64,000 nt of DNA from Bdellovibrionales bacterium. GTDB taxonomy: Bacteria > Bdellovibrionota > Bdellovibrionia > Bdellovibrionales > UBA1609. Location: positions 672,001 to 736,000 of the forward strand of contig CBDCMT010000001.1 of NCBI GenBank assembly GCA_965219095.1. The letters are read 5' to 3'. The notes under the pieces are model-generated. The model was given only the letters and a program-made list of their open reading frames with translations. It searched no databases and had not been told where the DNA came from. Shown piece by piece: positions 20,804 through 31,131 of this stretch (position 1 is the stretch's first letter; each line of letters begins with the position of its first letter). The position numbers and the translations under genes were made by a program.

Positions 20804-21966
20804 TGAGAGACAAAAGAGGAGCGGTTTTGTTTTTTTCTCTTGTGGGGATTTTACTCATGACGGTTTTAGCTGTGGAGTTTTCTAGAGATGCTGTTATTGA
20901 ATACCGTTCTTCAGCGAATGCAGTTCACAAACTGCAGGCTTATTATGCAGCAAAAGCCGGCGTAGATATTAGTCATTTAAGAATTAAGCTTTATTACAAC
21001 GCTTTAAATCAACTAGGAGATAGTTTAGGATCCCAGAAAGGAATTTTAGATCAGATCTGGCAGATTCCCTTTCAATGGCCTCCTGAATTTCCCGGAGAAG
21101 TGTCTAATACTGTAAAATCAAAAATTGAAGAAGCAAAAGAAAAATCATTTATGAAAAGCTCTTATATCACAGTTATTGAACGAGAAGAGCAGAAAATCAA
21201 CCTCCCTCTTCTTATCTTTCCTGTGGAAAAAATAAGACAAGTGACAAAAAATCAGATTCTGAACTTATTGAAAAACAAAAGAAGAAGCGATAGTGAATTC
21301 TCTGATACATACTCTGAAGAGGATTTAGAGAGCTTAGTGAACAACATTATAGATTGGATTGATGAAGATGATGTGAGTTTAAACGGAGGAAGTGAATCTT
21401 CTTATTACGAAGGCAGAGATTCTGATTTATGGCCTCCTCAAAGGCTTTTTTATAGTATGGGAGAATTGCAGTTGGTTTCAGGGATGAATGAAAAATTTTT
21501 TTTATTTCTAAAAGACAAACTCACTCTTTATGCTCCTGCAGCCATTCAAGTTAATTTTTTGTCACAAGAAGTGTTTCAAGCTCTTTTTGAGGACTCAACA
21601 GATGAGTTGTTTGAAGCTTTTCAGCTTGTCAAAGAAGAAAATGGTGATTTTAGCGATATAAAAAGCTTCTATGATTTTTTAGAAGATGAAGGCTATGACA
21701 CAAACTCTTTGAAAGAATTAAACATCCCTTTAATTTTCGATTCACCTTCAAGCTTTCGGATTTATAGTACGGGGTTTTCTCATGGAACAAGTCAAAGCAT
21801 TGAGGTTGTTACTCTGAGCCAAGATGCTTTAAGACAGCAGTTTTTTGATAATTTTGAAAGATTTTATGCTAAAAAAATTAACAGCAAAAAAGAAACAAAA
21901 TCAAAGAAGAAATCTAAGAGGTCTAAGAAAAAAACCTCGACCATAGTCTATTGGAAAGAAGACTAA
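20803..21966 (+). CDS. gspK: Minor pseudopilin GspK
   Basis: RG|AVL without Glu5; QAYYAAKAG, IIDWIDED, ELQLVSG. Confidence 0.88.
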   Translation: MRDKRGAVLFFSLVGILLMTVLAVEFSRDAVIEYRSSANAVHKLQAYYAAKAGVDISHLRIKLYYNALNQLGDSLGSQKGILDQIWQIPFQWPPEFPGEVSNTVKSKIEEAKEKSFMKSSYITVIEREEQKINLPLLIFPVEKIRQVTKNQILNLLKNKRRSDSEFSDTYSEEDLESLVNNIIDWIDEDDVSLNGGSESSYYEGRDSDLWPPQRLFYSMGELQLVSGMNEKFFLFLKDKLTLYAPAAIQVNFLSQEVFQALFEDSTDELFEAFQLVKEENGDFSDIKSFYDFLEDEGYDTNSLKELNIPLIFDSPSSFRIYSTGFSHGTSQSIEVVTLSQDALRQQFFDNFERFYAKKINSKKETKSKKKSKRSKKKTSTIVYWKED

Positions 21967-21999
21967 GACTCTTGTCTATTTTATACTACTTACAGAAAA

Positions 22000-23559
22000 A
22001 TGAAGAGTGTAGGAATTGACCTTGGATGTTTTAGTCTAAAGATAGCACAAATTTATGTGCGAGGCAGAAGCTTTAAAGTCAAACAGTTAAGTGAAGTAGA
22101 GTTAAGCTCTAAGGCAAGTGACTGGAATTTATCTGTTTTAGAAGTTTTACGAAAGTTGAATTTACCTAAGGACACAAAAGTAATTGTAGGCTTGAGTGAA
22201 GATAAAATTATACATCATAGGCTAAGTCTTCCTTTTAAAAAAAAGTTTGATATTTTAAAAACCCTTCCTTTTGAGTTAGAGGATGATCTACCTCTCCCTT
22301 CATCTCAATGCATTTTTGAAGCAAACCCTCTTTACGAAAATGATCAAAACCAAACTGAGGTGTTTACTTCCATTTGCTCAAAAGAATCAGTTAAAAATAT
22401 TTTATCCCTTTTTCACGAAGCAGGAATGGAACCTGATGTCGTGGCCTCTGAAGGTTTTTGTTTGAACCCTATCTTTCGTTCAGCACTTTCCATAAAACCC
22501 TGCTCCTCTCCTAATCACTTATCAGGTTTCTTGCACTTAGGACATAAGAAAAGCTTTTTATCTCTCTATGAGCAAAATTATCTTTTAGATATAAGGTACA
22601 TTCCTTGGGGTGGAGATCTTGTTTTAAAAGGTGTTATGAAGGGCTATAGAGTCTCCTATGACGAAGCTCTTGTTGGTGTTAAAGAAAAAAGCTTTGTAGC
22701 TTCTGAGGGTATGAAATTAAATGAAAGCCAGAAACATCATGCTCATATGATTCAAGAAGTTTTTGAAAAATTAATTAATCAGTTAAAATTCCAGATTTTG
22801 GAAATTGAAAATAAATATGAAAAGAAGATTGAACATCTCTTCTTATCAGGAGGGCCTTCTTGTACGAAGAATCTACCTAATTATTTTTCAAGGAGACTGA
22901 AATTAAAAGCCTATGAACTAAAAACAAGTAAAGTTTATGGAGAATCACCTCTTAGAGGCTGTGTTGCTTTAGGATTAGCTTTAGCGGCAACCCAAAAGAG
23001 TTCTCAAGATATAAACAATTTTAGAAAAGAAAAATTTGCAAAGAAAGGAATCTTCTGGAGTTCTTTATGGGAGAATTATAACAGTCTTATAAAGTCCACA
23101 GCTGTTTTTCTTCTTCTTTTCCTTGTGTTTTCTATGATAAGAGATGGGGTTTCACTTCACTCTCTTGAGAGAAGTGATGACATTATGAAACAACATGCAG
23201 CAAAAATAACAGGTTTTAAAGGTCGTTCTCTTTCAGAAAAAAATATCAATAAATATGTAAAGAAAAAAGAGAAAGAGAAGCGAAATCAAGACATTTTGAA
23301 AAAGTTTTTGCACTCTCCCTCTCCCTTGGAAATTTTTGATAAAATGTCATCATCTTGGTCTTTTGACAAAGAAGCAAAGTTTGAAATTTATGAATTAAAA
23401 ATTTTAAAGGGACGTGTTACTTTAAAAGGTTCTATAGCTTCTAAATATCTTTCTCAACTAGAAAGAAAGATAAAAGCCATTGCTTTAAAAGGAAAAATTT
23501 TAAAAAGACCTTTAAAGAATCAAGAAAGTTTCAGCTATGATTTTGGAGTGAGTTTATAA
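22000..23559 (+). CDS. gspL: GspL (PilM-like actin-fold domain plus TM segment)
   Basis: SVGIDLG, LPFELEDDLP, LSGG; TM near the C-terminal third; gene order. Confidence 0.8.
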   Translation: MKSVGIDLGCFSLKIAQIYVRGRSFKVKQLSEVELSSKASDWNLSVLEVLRKLNLPKDTKVIVGLSEDKIIHHRLSLPFKKKFDILKTLPFELEDDLPLPSSQCIFEANPLYENDQNQTEVFTSICSKESVKNILSLFHEAGMEPDVVASEGFCLNPIFRSALSIKPCSSPNHLSGFLHLGHKKSFLSLYEQNYLLDIRYIPWGGDLVLKGVMKGYRVSYDEALVGVKEKSFVASEGMKLNESQKHHAHMIQEVFEKLINQLKFQILEIENKYEKKIEHLFLSGGPSCTKNLPNYFSRRLKLKAYELKTSKVYGESPLRGCVALGLALAATQKSSQDINNFRKEKFAKKGIFWSSLWENYNSLIKSTAVFLLLFLVFSMIRDGVSLHSLERSDDIMKQHAAKITGFKGRSLSEKNINKYVKKKEKEKRNQDILKKFLHSPSPLEIFDKMSSSWSFDKEAKFEIYELKILKGRVTLKGSIASKYLSQLERKIKAIALKGKILKRPLKNQESFSYDFGVSL

Positions 23560-24249
23560 ATGTTGTATAATTTAAAAGAAAATCTTCTAAACTTTTTACA
23601 GCCTTTACAGGAAAAAATTCAAGATAGTGAATGGTTTCAAAAGCTCATTCAGATGTATAATGATCTCTCTGCGAGAAACCAAAAAATCACATTAGGACTC
23701 CTTTGTATATTGGTTGTTTTTATTCTATCCCTTCCTTCGATAAGTTTTTTTTCTTCATCTCGTAAAAACTTAGAAGCATTTTCTGAGAATTACCATTTGA
23801 TTCAAAAACTTTTTGAGCTTCAGTCTCTGGCAACTCTTTCATTCCGCCAATCTATGAGTTTTAGTTTTTTTAAAACGAAGGTTGAACGTGTTTTTAAAAG
23901 ATATTCTATCGCTGATGAACAAGTTATTTTTATAAACCTTGAACAAACATCTAGTCCATCTAAAAAAACAACACCTTCCCAATCTATGTTCGAAAAAGAA
24001 CTCATCTCCATTAGCCTTAAAACTTTGACTTTAAAGCAAGCGATTCAAGCGGCCTCAGATTTAGAAAAAATAGGACCTCTAGTGCGGTTAGATGGTATGG
24101 AAATAAAAAAAAGCAGAGAAGAACAAGGATATGTGGATGTGAAGTATAGGGTTGAATCCTATCAGATAAAAGAGAGCCCTAAGCTTCTTAAGAAAAAGGC
24201 TTCTAAAAGAAAGAAAAAAGAGGATTCTAAAAGAGGGGATTCTCGATGA
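23560..24249 (+). CDS. gspM: GspM-like protein
   Basis: LSARNQK followed by one TM helix; gene order. Confidence 0.65.
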   Translation: MLYNLKENLLNFLQPLQEKIQDSEWFQKLIQMYNDLSARNQKITLGLLCILVVFILSLPSISFFSSSRKNLEAFSENYHLIQKLFELQSLATLSFRQSMSFSFFKTKVERVFKRYSIADEQVIFINLEQTSSPSKKTTPSQSMFEKELISISLKTLTLKQAIQAASDLEKIGPLVRLDGMEIKKSREEQGYVDVKYRVESYQIKESPKLLKKKASKRKKKEDSKRGDSR

Positions 24250-25184
24250 GTCGTATAATAGCCTTTTTTATTGATCTTCTTAAGTATCACAAAATAAAAC
24301 TTATTTTCTTTTTTCTTAGTTTTTTTGTATCTTTAGTCTTATTGTTCCCTTACAGAGAGTTAGGTTTGTTTTTACAATCAAAGATTAATGAATCTATAAA
24401 GCCTAACTTTGTAAAAATAGGAAAGGTCGATGTTTCTTTTTTTCCTTATCTTTCTTTGAGCATGGAAAAAATAGATTTGAACATCTCTGGTCAGCCTCTT
24501 TTTTTAAAGTCTATTAACATCCATCCTCATATTTTATCTTTATTTCTTCTTAAACCTTCTTTGGATCTGGTTTTACGTGATTTATTTAAAGGAAACCAAA
24601 AAATAACTTTGAGATACCTCAATAAAGAAAACTATAAATTCCATGGATTGTTTCAACTAGAATTGTCAGAAATTTTAAGAGCTTTCAACAAACCGCAGTT
24701 TGTGACAGGAAGAATAAAGGGTGTGTTTAAAGGTGTTTTTCAACCTACAAGCTCCTCTTTTAAAGACAGTCATCTTATTGTTTCAACAAAGTCGGCTCAA
24801 GATATTACATTTATGGGTTCTCTTCTAGTCAATCATTGGTTTGCAGGAGTTAATCTTCCTTCCATATCTTTTTCTGATCTAGAAATACTTTTTTATATTA
24901 ATTCTCCTAAGATGATTTTAAAGGATTTAAAAATAGGAATTCCTAAAGACAATGTCTTCGTAAGAGCAAGAGGAGAATTTAAAGGAGATTTTCAATCATC
25001 TAAACTTAGCTACAAGAGTCAGTGGCTTCTAAAAGTAAAGCCTTCTTTTGCTTCCCAGTTGTTTTTTCTTACTTTTTTGGACAAATATAAAAAACGCTCC
25101 GCTAAAGAGCTTTCCTATCAGTTTGAGATTATAGGTGAAAATTTGAAAGCTCCTCCTCAGCTAAAACATTTATCTCGATTTTAA
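24246..25184 (+). CDS. gspN: GspN-like protein
   Basis: N-terminal TM with LFPY, beta-rich body; last gene of the operon. Confidence 0.65.
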   Translation: MSRIIAFFIDLLKYHKIKLIFFFLSFFVSLVLLFPYRELGLFLQSKINESIKPNFVKIGKVDVSFFPYLSLSMEKIDLNISGQPLFLKSINIHPHILSLFLLKPSLDLVLRDLFKGNQKITLRYLNKENYKFHGLFQLELSEILRAFNKPQFVTGRIKGVFKGVFQPTSSSFKDSHLIVSTKSAQDITFMGSLLVNHWFAGVNLPSISFSDLEILFYINSPKMILKDLKIGIPKDNVFVRARGEFKGDFQSSKLSYKSQWLLKVKPSFASQLFFLTFLDKYKKRSAKELSYQFEIIGENLKAPPQLKHLSRF

Positions 25185-25218
25185 AAAAAGCCCCAAGCAC
25201 CTAAAAAAGCACTGGGGC
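25183..25218 (-). terminator. Probable intrinsic terminator of ssb
   Basis: gcccca...tggggc stem followed by T7 on the minus strand, between convergent genes. Confidence 0.5.
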
Positions 25219-25249
25219 CAAAACGAAAGAAGAAAAATGAAAAAATAAA

Positions 25250-25666
25250 TTAAAAAGGAATGTCCTCTGTTTCAAAAGAAGGCTCTGAAGCAAACTCATG
25301 ATGAGGTGTGGCGTTTTGAGTTTGTTCTGCGTTATTATTACGAGAGCCTAAAAACTGTACATGATTTGCGACAATCTCAGTTGTATAACGCTTTTGTCCT
25401 TGAGCGTCTTCCCAAGAACGTGTTTGAAGTCTTCCTTCAAGAAAAACCTGACGTCCTTTTGATAGATACTGGCCACAAAGCTCAGCCGTTTTTCCCCAAA
25501 CGACAATGCGGTGCCACTCGGTTCTTTCCTGTTTTTGTCCGTTGCGGTCGTTCCAAGTTTCGCTGGTAGCTATATTGAAATTACATACTTTTTGTCCTGT
25601 AGATAATTCCTTAACTTCTGGATCAGCTCCCAGTCTTCCTATAATAATAGCTTTATTTACTGACAT
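25250..25666 (-). CDS. ssb: Single-stranded DNA-binding protein
   Basis: [24 protein letters not shown]-terminal DIPF. Confidence 0.98.
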   Translation of the reverse strand: MSVNKAIIIGRLGADPEVKELSTGQKVCNFNIATSETWNDRNGQKQERTEWHRIVVWGKTAELCGQYLSKGRQVFLEGRLQTRSWEDAQGQKRYTTEIVANHVQFLGSRNNNAEQTQNATPHHEFASEPSFETEDIPF

Positions 25667-25887
25667 ATTGCCTCCTTTGTTTCATTCGTTGTTAGTTTAA
25701 TACCTAAAAGATATTTTATGCAAGCCCTTTTGCTAGGTTTTCTTGTTTTTAATGTTAGTAAAGAGACCTTGATTTTCCTAAATTCGTACTTTTAAGAATG
25801 AAGCCCTTAAAAAGAGCAAGATAAAGGAGGGGGAGGCTTGAATAATACATTGCATAATTTTGTTATCAACTCTTCTGATTTTAGCTT

Positions 25888-26193
25888 ATGCTGTTAAATG
25901 TGAGACGTGTCTTAAAAGTCTTTTTGTGTCTTTATGCTTTAAGTGCTTGTAATCTTTATGAATCACAAGGGCAAAAAAATTTTGAAGAAAGGATAGAGGT
26001 GAAAGTAGAGGAAGAGTCTTTTTTTATCCAAAGCTTTGAGCCCTTATGCTTTGTTTTTTCTCAAAAACAGGCCTTTAGTCCTTTTATAGAAGATATTAAG
26101 ATACTTTTTAGTAAAAAACAGTTTTGTCTTGAATTTAATTCCATTTATAATAGTTATATAATGTGCGAAAAGCAAGGAAGGGATTTATTTTAA
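25888..26193 (+). CDS. Hypothetical lipoprotein
   Basis: LSAC lipobox. Confidence 0.55.
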   Translation: MLLNVRRVLKVFLCLYALSACNLYESQGQKNFEERIEVKVEEESFFIQSFEPLCFVFSQKQAFSPFIEDIKILFSKKQFCLEFNSIYNSYIMCEKQGRDLF

Positions 26194-27077
26194 AATTAAA
26201 AAATAGTTTTAAGTTTTTTCAATTCTTTTTTATCTTGTTTTGTTTTCTAAGTAGCTTTACTCAGGCTGCGTATATCATGAAAGTTAAAGATGATATAGTT
26301 CTTGTGAACATGGAGGGAGGAGATGCTAAAGTTGGAGAAATCTATTACATTGTGGATCTCAACGCACGCAAAAGAGGCCTTACAAAAATCCTTAAAGCTA
26401 AAAACAAGAAAGCCATTGGAAAGTTTGTTGGTGAAGCTAATCCAGGCTGGGATTTGTTTTTAAGAAAAGATATTTCTCATACATCACAACAAAAAGTTCA
26501 AGAGAAAAAAAATAAAAATATAGATGTAGGTTTAGATGAAAATCAAATTCTAAAAAAGCCTACCACCTATTCTAGATACCGTTTTGAATTAAAGAACTAT
26601 ATAGGAGGCTATGTTATAGGTTTTAAGGATAAATTAGAGGCAAGAAATGATAAATTAGAGGGGTATAATTTTGGAGTTAGTGGATTTTTCAACTATTCTT
26701 TCCACAAAAGTTTTTCTTTGCGTCCAGAAGTGGGCTATGTAAGATTTAATTTAGACTCTGAGAATGGTCACCAAATAAAAGCCCATTATGTGAAAGCAGG
26801 CTTAACAACCATGTTTATGTTTCCTGTCTCTTATTTTCGTTTTTGGGTGGGTGCGAACAGTTATGTGTATTTTCCTTTCAGCAAAGAATCCAATCTTATT
26901 GATGAAGAGTCTATTTCTACAACTATTGTTTATGGTTTTTCGGCAGGCTTTGAGTACGTAGATCCTAAGGGAAGATTTATCATTCCTGTAGCTATTGACG
27001 GCAGTCTTTTTCCCAGTTCTTCAAATATTGATTCTTCAAGAATTGGCTTGAAGATAGGTTTTGGACTTTACTTTTAG
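26163..27077 (+). CDS. Outer-membrane beta-barrel domain protein
   Basis: Signal peptide, amphipathic beta strands, C-terminal GFGLYF. Confidence 0.75.
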   Translation: MRKARKGFILKLKNSFKFFQFFFILFCFLSSFTQAAYIMKVKDDIVLVNMEGGDAKVGEIYYIVDLNARKRGLTKILKAKNKKAIGKFVGEANPGWDLFLRKDISHTSQQKVQEKKNKNIDVGLDENQILKKPTTYSRYRFELKNYIGGYVIGFKDKLEARNDKLEGYNFGVSGFFNYSFHKSFSLRPEVGYVRFNLDSENGHQIKAHYVKAGLTTMFMFPVSYFRFWVGANSYVYFPFSKESNLIDEESISTTIVYGFSAGFEYVDPKGRFIIPVAIDGSLFPSSSNIDSSRIGLKIGFGLYF

Positions 27078-29275
27078 GATCTTTTCACTCGAGTTACAGT
27101 TAAAACATGATCGAGTTTTTCTAAGTTCAACAAAGCTTCTGATAGATGTTCTGTATCTCGTACGAAAACATCAAAAACACAAATAGATTTCTCATCTTTT
27201 AGGGAGTGGGTTTTTACGTTTTGTATGTTCATACCAATATTAGAAAAAACTTCTGTCATATCTTTTAATAAACCTGTTTTGTTGAAACAAGTAACTCTTA
27301 TAGAGACGAGGCGGGTGATATGGGAAGTGGAAGCATTCCATTCTACATCAACTTGTCGTGCTTTATCAAATTCATAGCCTTTAGGGCAATTAGATGTATG
27401 AATGACAATTCCTCTTCCTCTTGTGATAAAACCTGAGATGGGATCTCCTGGTATAGGAAGACAACATTTTGCAAAGGTCACCATAATGTTATCTAAGCCA
27501 TCAATTTGTACAAGGGATGATTCCTTTTTCTTCTTTTTAGTAGCTGATTTGAAGATTTTTTCAAAAAAAGTCGGCTTAGGTTTTATTTCTTTAACTTTCA
27601 AATACTTAGCTAACTGTTCTGATAGATGTTGAGGGGTAATGTGTCCATAACCTATACGCATGTAAAGATCGTTGAGAGTTTTACAACCATACTGTTTAAA
27701 AAGGTCTTTATAATTGGAGCTTTTTTCCAAATCCTTTATATTAGAAAAAGGAATTTTATACTTTCTTAGACTTTTTTCTAGTATGTTTTTACCTAAAGAA
27801 AGAGCCATTTCCTTTTGTGTGCCTTTAATATGAGATCTTATTTTTGTTTTAGCTTTTCCTGTCACACAGAAGTTAAGCCAATCTTTTGAAGGCCTTTGAT
27901 TTTTAGACGTGATGATTTCAACCCGGTCCCCTGTTTTTAGTTTTTGTTTTATAGGCATCATTTTTCCATTCACTCTAGCCGCCATAATATGAAATCCTAA
28001 ATCTGTATGCACACTAAAAGCAAAATCAATAGGGGTTGCTCCTTCAGGTAGCTCTTTTACTTCTCCATTAGGAGTGAGAACAAAAATTTCTCCGTCAAAA
28101 AGGTCGTCCTTAAAGACCTCTAATAATTCGTCAGAATCATCAGTCTGCTGATAGGAAGTGATCATATCTCTTAACCAGTTATATTTTTCAATAGCTTTAT
28201 TATCAAATTGGATTTGGTTTTCTTTATAAGACCAATGAGCTGCAATTCCTTTTTCAGCAATGCTATGCATGGCTTTAGTTCTAATTTGTATTTCTATAGT
28301 CTCAGCATCAGGCCCTACTAAAGAAGTATGTAGACTTTGGTAATTGTTAGCTTTTGGCATGGCTATGAAATCTTTGAATCGGCCTGGGACGGGCTTCCAA
28401 AAGGAATGAATAAGACCTAATATCTCATAGCACTGTGGAACAGTATTGACAATAATTCGGAAAGCAATGAGATCATGAATTTGTTCGTAGTTTAGATTTT
28501 GATTTTTAATTTTTTTGTAAATAGAGTAAAAGTCCTTGGATCGACCTGTAATTTCAATGTTAAATTTGATGTACTTTTTTAAATTATTTTCTATTTGTTC
28601 AATCACTTTTTTAATATAGGCTTGTCTTTCTTTTTTCTTCTTAGCGATTTTTTGAGCTAGTTGGTAATATACATTAGGATGAGCGTAACGAAATCCTAAC
28701 TCTTCAAGTTCAACTTTTATGGAATGCATTCCTAAGCGTCCTGCTAGGGGAGCATAGATGTCTAAAGTATCCTGAGCAATACGCAGTTGTTTGTGATAGG
28801 GAGCAAAATTTAAAGTTCTCATGTTATGGAGACGATCAGCTAGTTTTACGATAATCGCACGAACATCTTTACCCATAGCCATAATCATTTTTCGGATGTT
28901 TTCTCCTTGTCTATGATGTAAGTTTTTGAAAGTAATTTTTGAAATCTTAGTAACCCCATCTACAAGGGAGGATATTGTTTCATCAAACTCATTTTTAATG
29001 GTTTCTAAGGACAATTCAGTATCTTCAACAGTATCATGAAGCAGGGCTGTGATGATACTTGCTGTATCCATCTTTAAATCAGCTAAAATAAAAGCTACTT
29101 CAACGGGATGGTGGATGTAATCCTCCCCACTATGTCGTTTTTGACCTTTATGGTATTTTTTTGCAAAACGAAATGCTTTCAAAGTTGAACTTTCATCAAA
29201 GCTGGGGTTATAGGCCTTTACTTGTTCGATAAGTCGATCAATAGGAAGTAAGTTTTGTTTTATATTTTGGCTCAT
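27074..29275 (-). CDS. relA: Bifunctional (p)ppGpp synthetase/hydrolase (RelA/SpoT homologue)
   Basis: HD domain (LLHDTVED), YQSLHT/EIQIRT synthetase, TGS and ACT domains. Confidence 0.96.
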   Translation of the reverse strand: MSQNIKQNLLPIDRLIEQVKAYNPSFDESSTLKAFRFAKKYHKGQKRHSGEDYIHHPVEVAFILADLKMDTASIITALLHDTVEDTELSLETIKNEFDETISSLVDGVTKISKITFKNLHHRQGENIRKMIMAMGKDVRAIIVKLADRLHNMRTLNFAPYHKQLRIAQDTLDIYAPLAGRLGMHSIKVELEELGFRYAHPNVYYQLAQKIAKKKKERQAYIKKVIEQIENNLKKYIKFNIEITGRSKDFYSIYKKIKNQNLNYEQIHDLIAFRIIVNTVPQCYEILGLIHSFWKPVPGRFKDFIAMPKANNYQSLHTSLVGPDAETIEIQIRTKAMHSIAEKGIAAHWSYKENQIQFDNKAIEKYNWLRDMITSYQQTDDSDELLEVFKDDLFDGEIFVLTPNGEVKELPEGATPIDFAFSVHTDLGFHIMAARVNGKMMPIKQKLKTGDRVEIITSKNQRPSKDWLNFCVTGKAKTKIRSHIKGTQKEMALSLGKNILEKSLRKYKIPFSNIKDLEKSSNYKDLFKQYGCKTLNDLYMRIGYGHITPQHLSEQLAKYLKVKEIKPKPTFFEKIFKSATKKKKKESSLVQIDGLDNIMVTFAKCCLPIPGDPISGFITRGRGIVIHTSNCPKGYEFDKARQVDVEWNASTSHITRLVSIRVTCFNKTGLLKDMTEVFSNIGMNIQNVKTHSLKDEKSICVFDVFVRDTEHLSEALLNLEKLDHVLTVTRVKRS

Positions 29276-29349
29276 TTTTTGTAAAATGACTTTAGCTTTT
29301 TTTAATTATAGCACAAAAATGAAGCGTTTAGCAAGAAAGCTTAAGAGAT

Positions 29350-29595
29350 TTACTTTTTAAGGGAGCTTTCAATCTCTTTTGATTGAGCTTCGTATTCGTT
29401 GACTTGAAATTTTACAAGACCTTCTGCTACTTCTCTCAATGCACTGACTACGTATTTATTTTTTTTCTTTTTAGACTTACTTCCTAAAATGGGAGCTCCC
29501 TTAAGGATTTGTTTTGCTCTTTTTGCAACAAGATGAACAAGAGCAAAACGATTGGAGCTTTCTTTTAAGCAGTCTTCCACAGTGACTCTAGCCAT
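29350..29595 (-). CDS. rpoZ: RNA polymerase omega subunit
   Basis: [10 protein letters not shown]...NRFALV...KRAKQ. Confidence 0.97.
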   Translation of the reverse strand: MARVTVEDCLKESSNRFALVHLVAKRAKQILKGAPILGSKSKKKKNKYVVSALREVAEGLVKFQVNEYEAQSKEIESSLKK

Positions 29596-29631
29596 TTTTT
29601 TTCTCCTTTATTACTTTACCAGCTTTTTAAA

Positions 29632-30192
29632 TTACCCTTTAGAGAGTAAAGTTTCAATAATTTTTTTAAATTGAAGATAAGATTCTTCAATTTCCTGATT
29701 TAAGATTTGATAATGACAAAAGGGTGCAAATTCTAGTTCCTTTTTGGCTATTTCCACCCTCAGTTCAATATCTTTTAGATCTGAGCCTCTTTTTTCAAGT
29801 CTTTTTCGCATAGAGTCAAAAGAAGGGGCATGGACAAAAATCAAGTAAACGTGGGAAAAAATTGTTTGTAGGGTTTTAGCTCCCTGTACATCCACATCCA
29901 AAATAGGGACTTTGTTTTGATTCCAGATTCGCTCAAGCTCTTTACGAGAGACTCCATAAAGGTTTCCATGAACATAAGCCCATTCCACAAAAAACTTTTC
30001 CTCAATGAGTTGTTCAAAACGTTGTTTTGTTACAAAGTGATAGGGATGAACTTCAGTTTCTTCCTTTCTCATAGAGCGAGTGGTATGGGTGATGGCATCT
30101 TCTAAAAGAGGAAAGTCTTTCAAGCCCATTACTATTAATGTAGATTTTCCTGCCCCGCTAGGCCCAACGACAGTAATGATTTTTTGATCCAT
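29632..30192 (-). CDS. gmk: Guanylate kinase
   Basis: GPSGAGKST, HTTR, EWAYVHGNLYG, DVQGA. Confidence 0.97.
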   Translation of the reverse strand: MDQKIITVVGPSGAGKSTLIVMGLKDFPLLEDAITHTTRSMRKEETEVHPYHFVTKQRFEQLIEEKFFVEWAYVHGNLYGVSRKELERIWNQNKVPILDVDVQGAKTLQTIFSHVYLIFVHAPSFDSMRKRLEKRGSDLKDIELRVEIAKKELEFAPFCHYQILNQEIEESYLQFKKIIETLLSKG

Positions 30193-30213
30193 GTTGGCTT
30201 TTATTTTATCAGT

Positions 30214-31131
30214 TTATGAATTTGGAGGCAACTTTTTGTCTAAAAAATAGGAAGCTTTGTTGGGAGAATCAAACCAATGGATTTCTGGATCTTTTTTGAA
30301 CCAAGTTCTTTGTTTTTTTGAAAGTTTAAGGCTGTGTTGAAGTATAGCGTTTACTAGATCTTTTTCTAAAAACCGGCCTTCTAAAAAATCGACCATTTCT
30401 CTATAACCTACCCCTCTGAGAGGGGAGGTATTTGAAAAGTTTCCATGTTTTAAGATATTCTGTGTTTCCTCTTTAAGTCCTTTTTCAAGCATAATTTCGA
30501 TTCTTTTTTTTAGTTTTCTCTTATAAATTTCCCTTTTTGAAGCTAAAAGACCTATTTTTAAAATAGAGCCTTTAAGAAGTGAAAACTTTTCTTTTTTAAA
30601 GTCATTTTTAATTTTAGTGAGGGTTTTGTTTTCAATTTCCATGATAAGAAGAGCTCTTTGAATGCGATAACTATCTTGTGGGTGAATTTTTTGGCTGTAA
30701 AGGGGATCTTTTTGCTTTAACTCTCTATAAAGTGTAGGGAGTCCTTCGGAGAAAACTCTTTGCTTCATTTTTTCTCTTTGTGATAAAGTTGTTTTAGGAG
30801 CAGACCAAAGACCTTTTTCTAAGGCTTGTGCGAAAAAACCACTGCCACCTACAAAAAAAACAGTAGAGCTTTTTATAGTTTTAAGACATGATTTAACCTC
30901 TCTAAGATAGTCTCCTACAGTGAAATTTTGATCCACATCGACAAAATCGTACAAGTGGTGAGGGACTTTTTTGTAATGGTCCTTTTGAGGTTGGGCTGAT
31001 CCTATATGCATGTTCTTGAAGACTTGTACGCTATCGCAGTTAATAATTTCAGCTTTTCTTTTTTGAGCTTCTTTTAAAGCAAGCTCAGATTTACCCGTAG
31101 CCGTAGCCCCTAAAATGAAAATAAAATTCAT
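30214..31131 (-). CDS. miaA: tRNA dimethylallyltransferase
   Basis: GATATGKS, DSVQV, VGGSG, KKQRTWF. Confidence 0.96.
   Translation of the reverse strand: MNFIFILGATATGKSELALKEAQKRKAEIINCDSVQVFKNMHIGSAQPQKDHYKKVPHHLYDFVDVDQNFTVGDYLREVKSCLKTIKSSTVFFVGGSGFFAQALEKGLWSAPKTTLSQREKMKQRVFSEGLPTLYRELKQKDPLYSQKIHPQDSYRIQRALLIMEIENKTLTKIKNDFKKEKFSLLKGSILKIGLLASKREIYKRKLKKRIEIMLEKGLKEETQNILKHGNFSNTSPLRGVGYREMVDFLEGRFLEKDLVNAILQHSLKLSKKQRTWFKKDPEIHWFDSPNKASYFLDKKLPPNS

Noticed and set aside
15613..30105. Short ORFs overlapping gsp, ssb, relA and gmk (e.g. 15613, 16701, 18446, 20691, 22283, 23820, 25306, 27402, 29917)
   Set aside because: Antisense or off-frame shadows of well-supported genes
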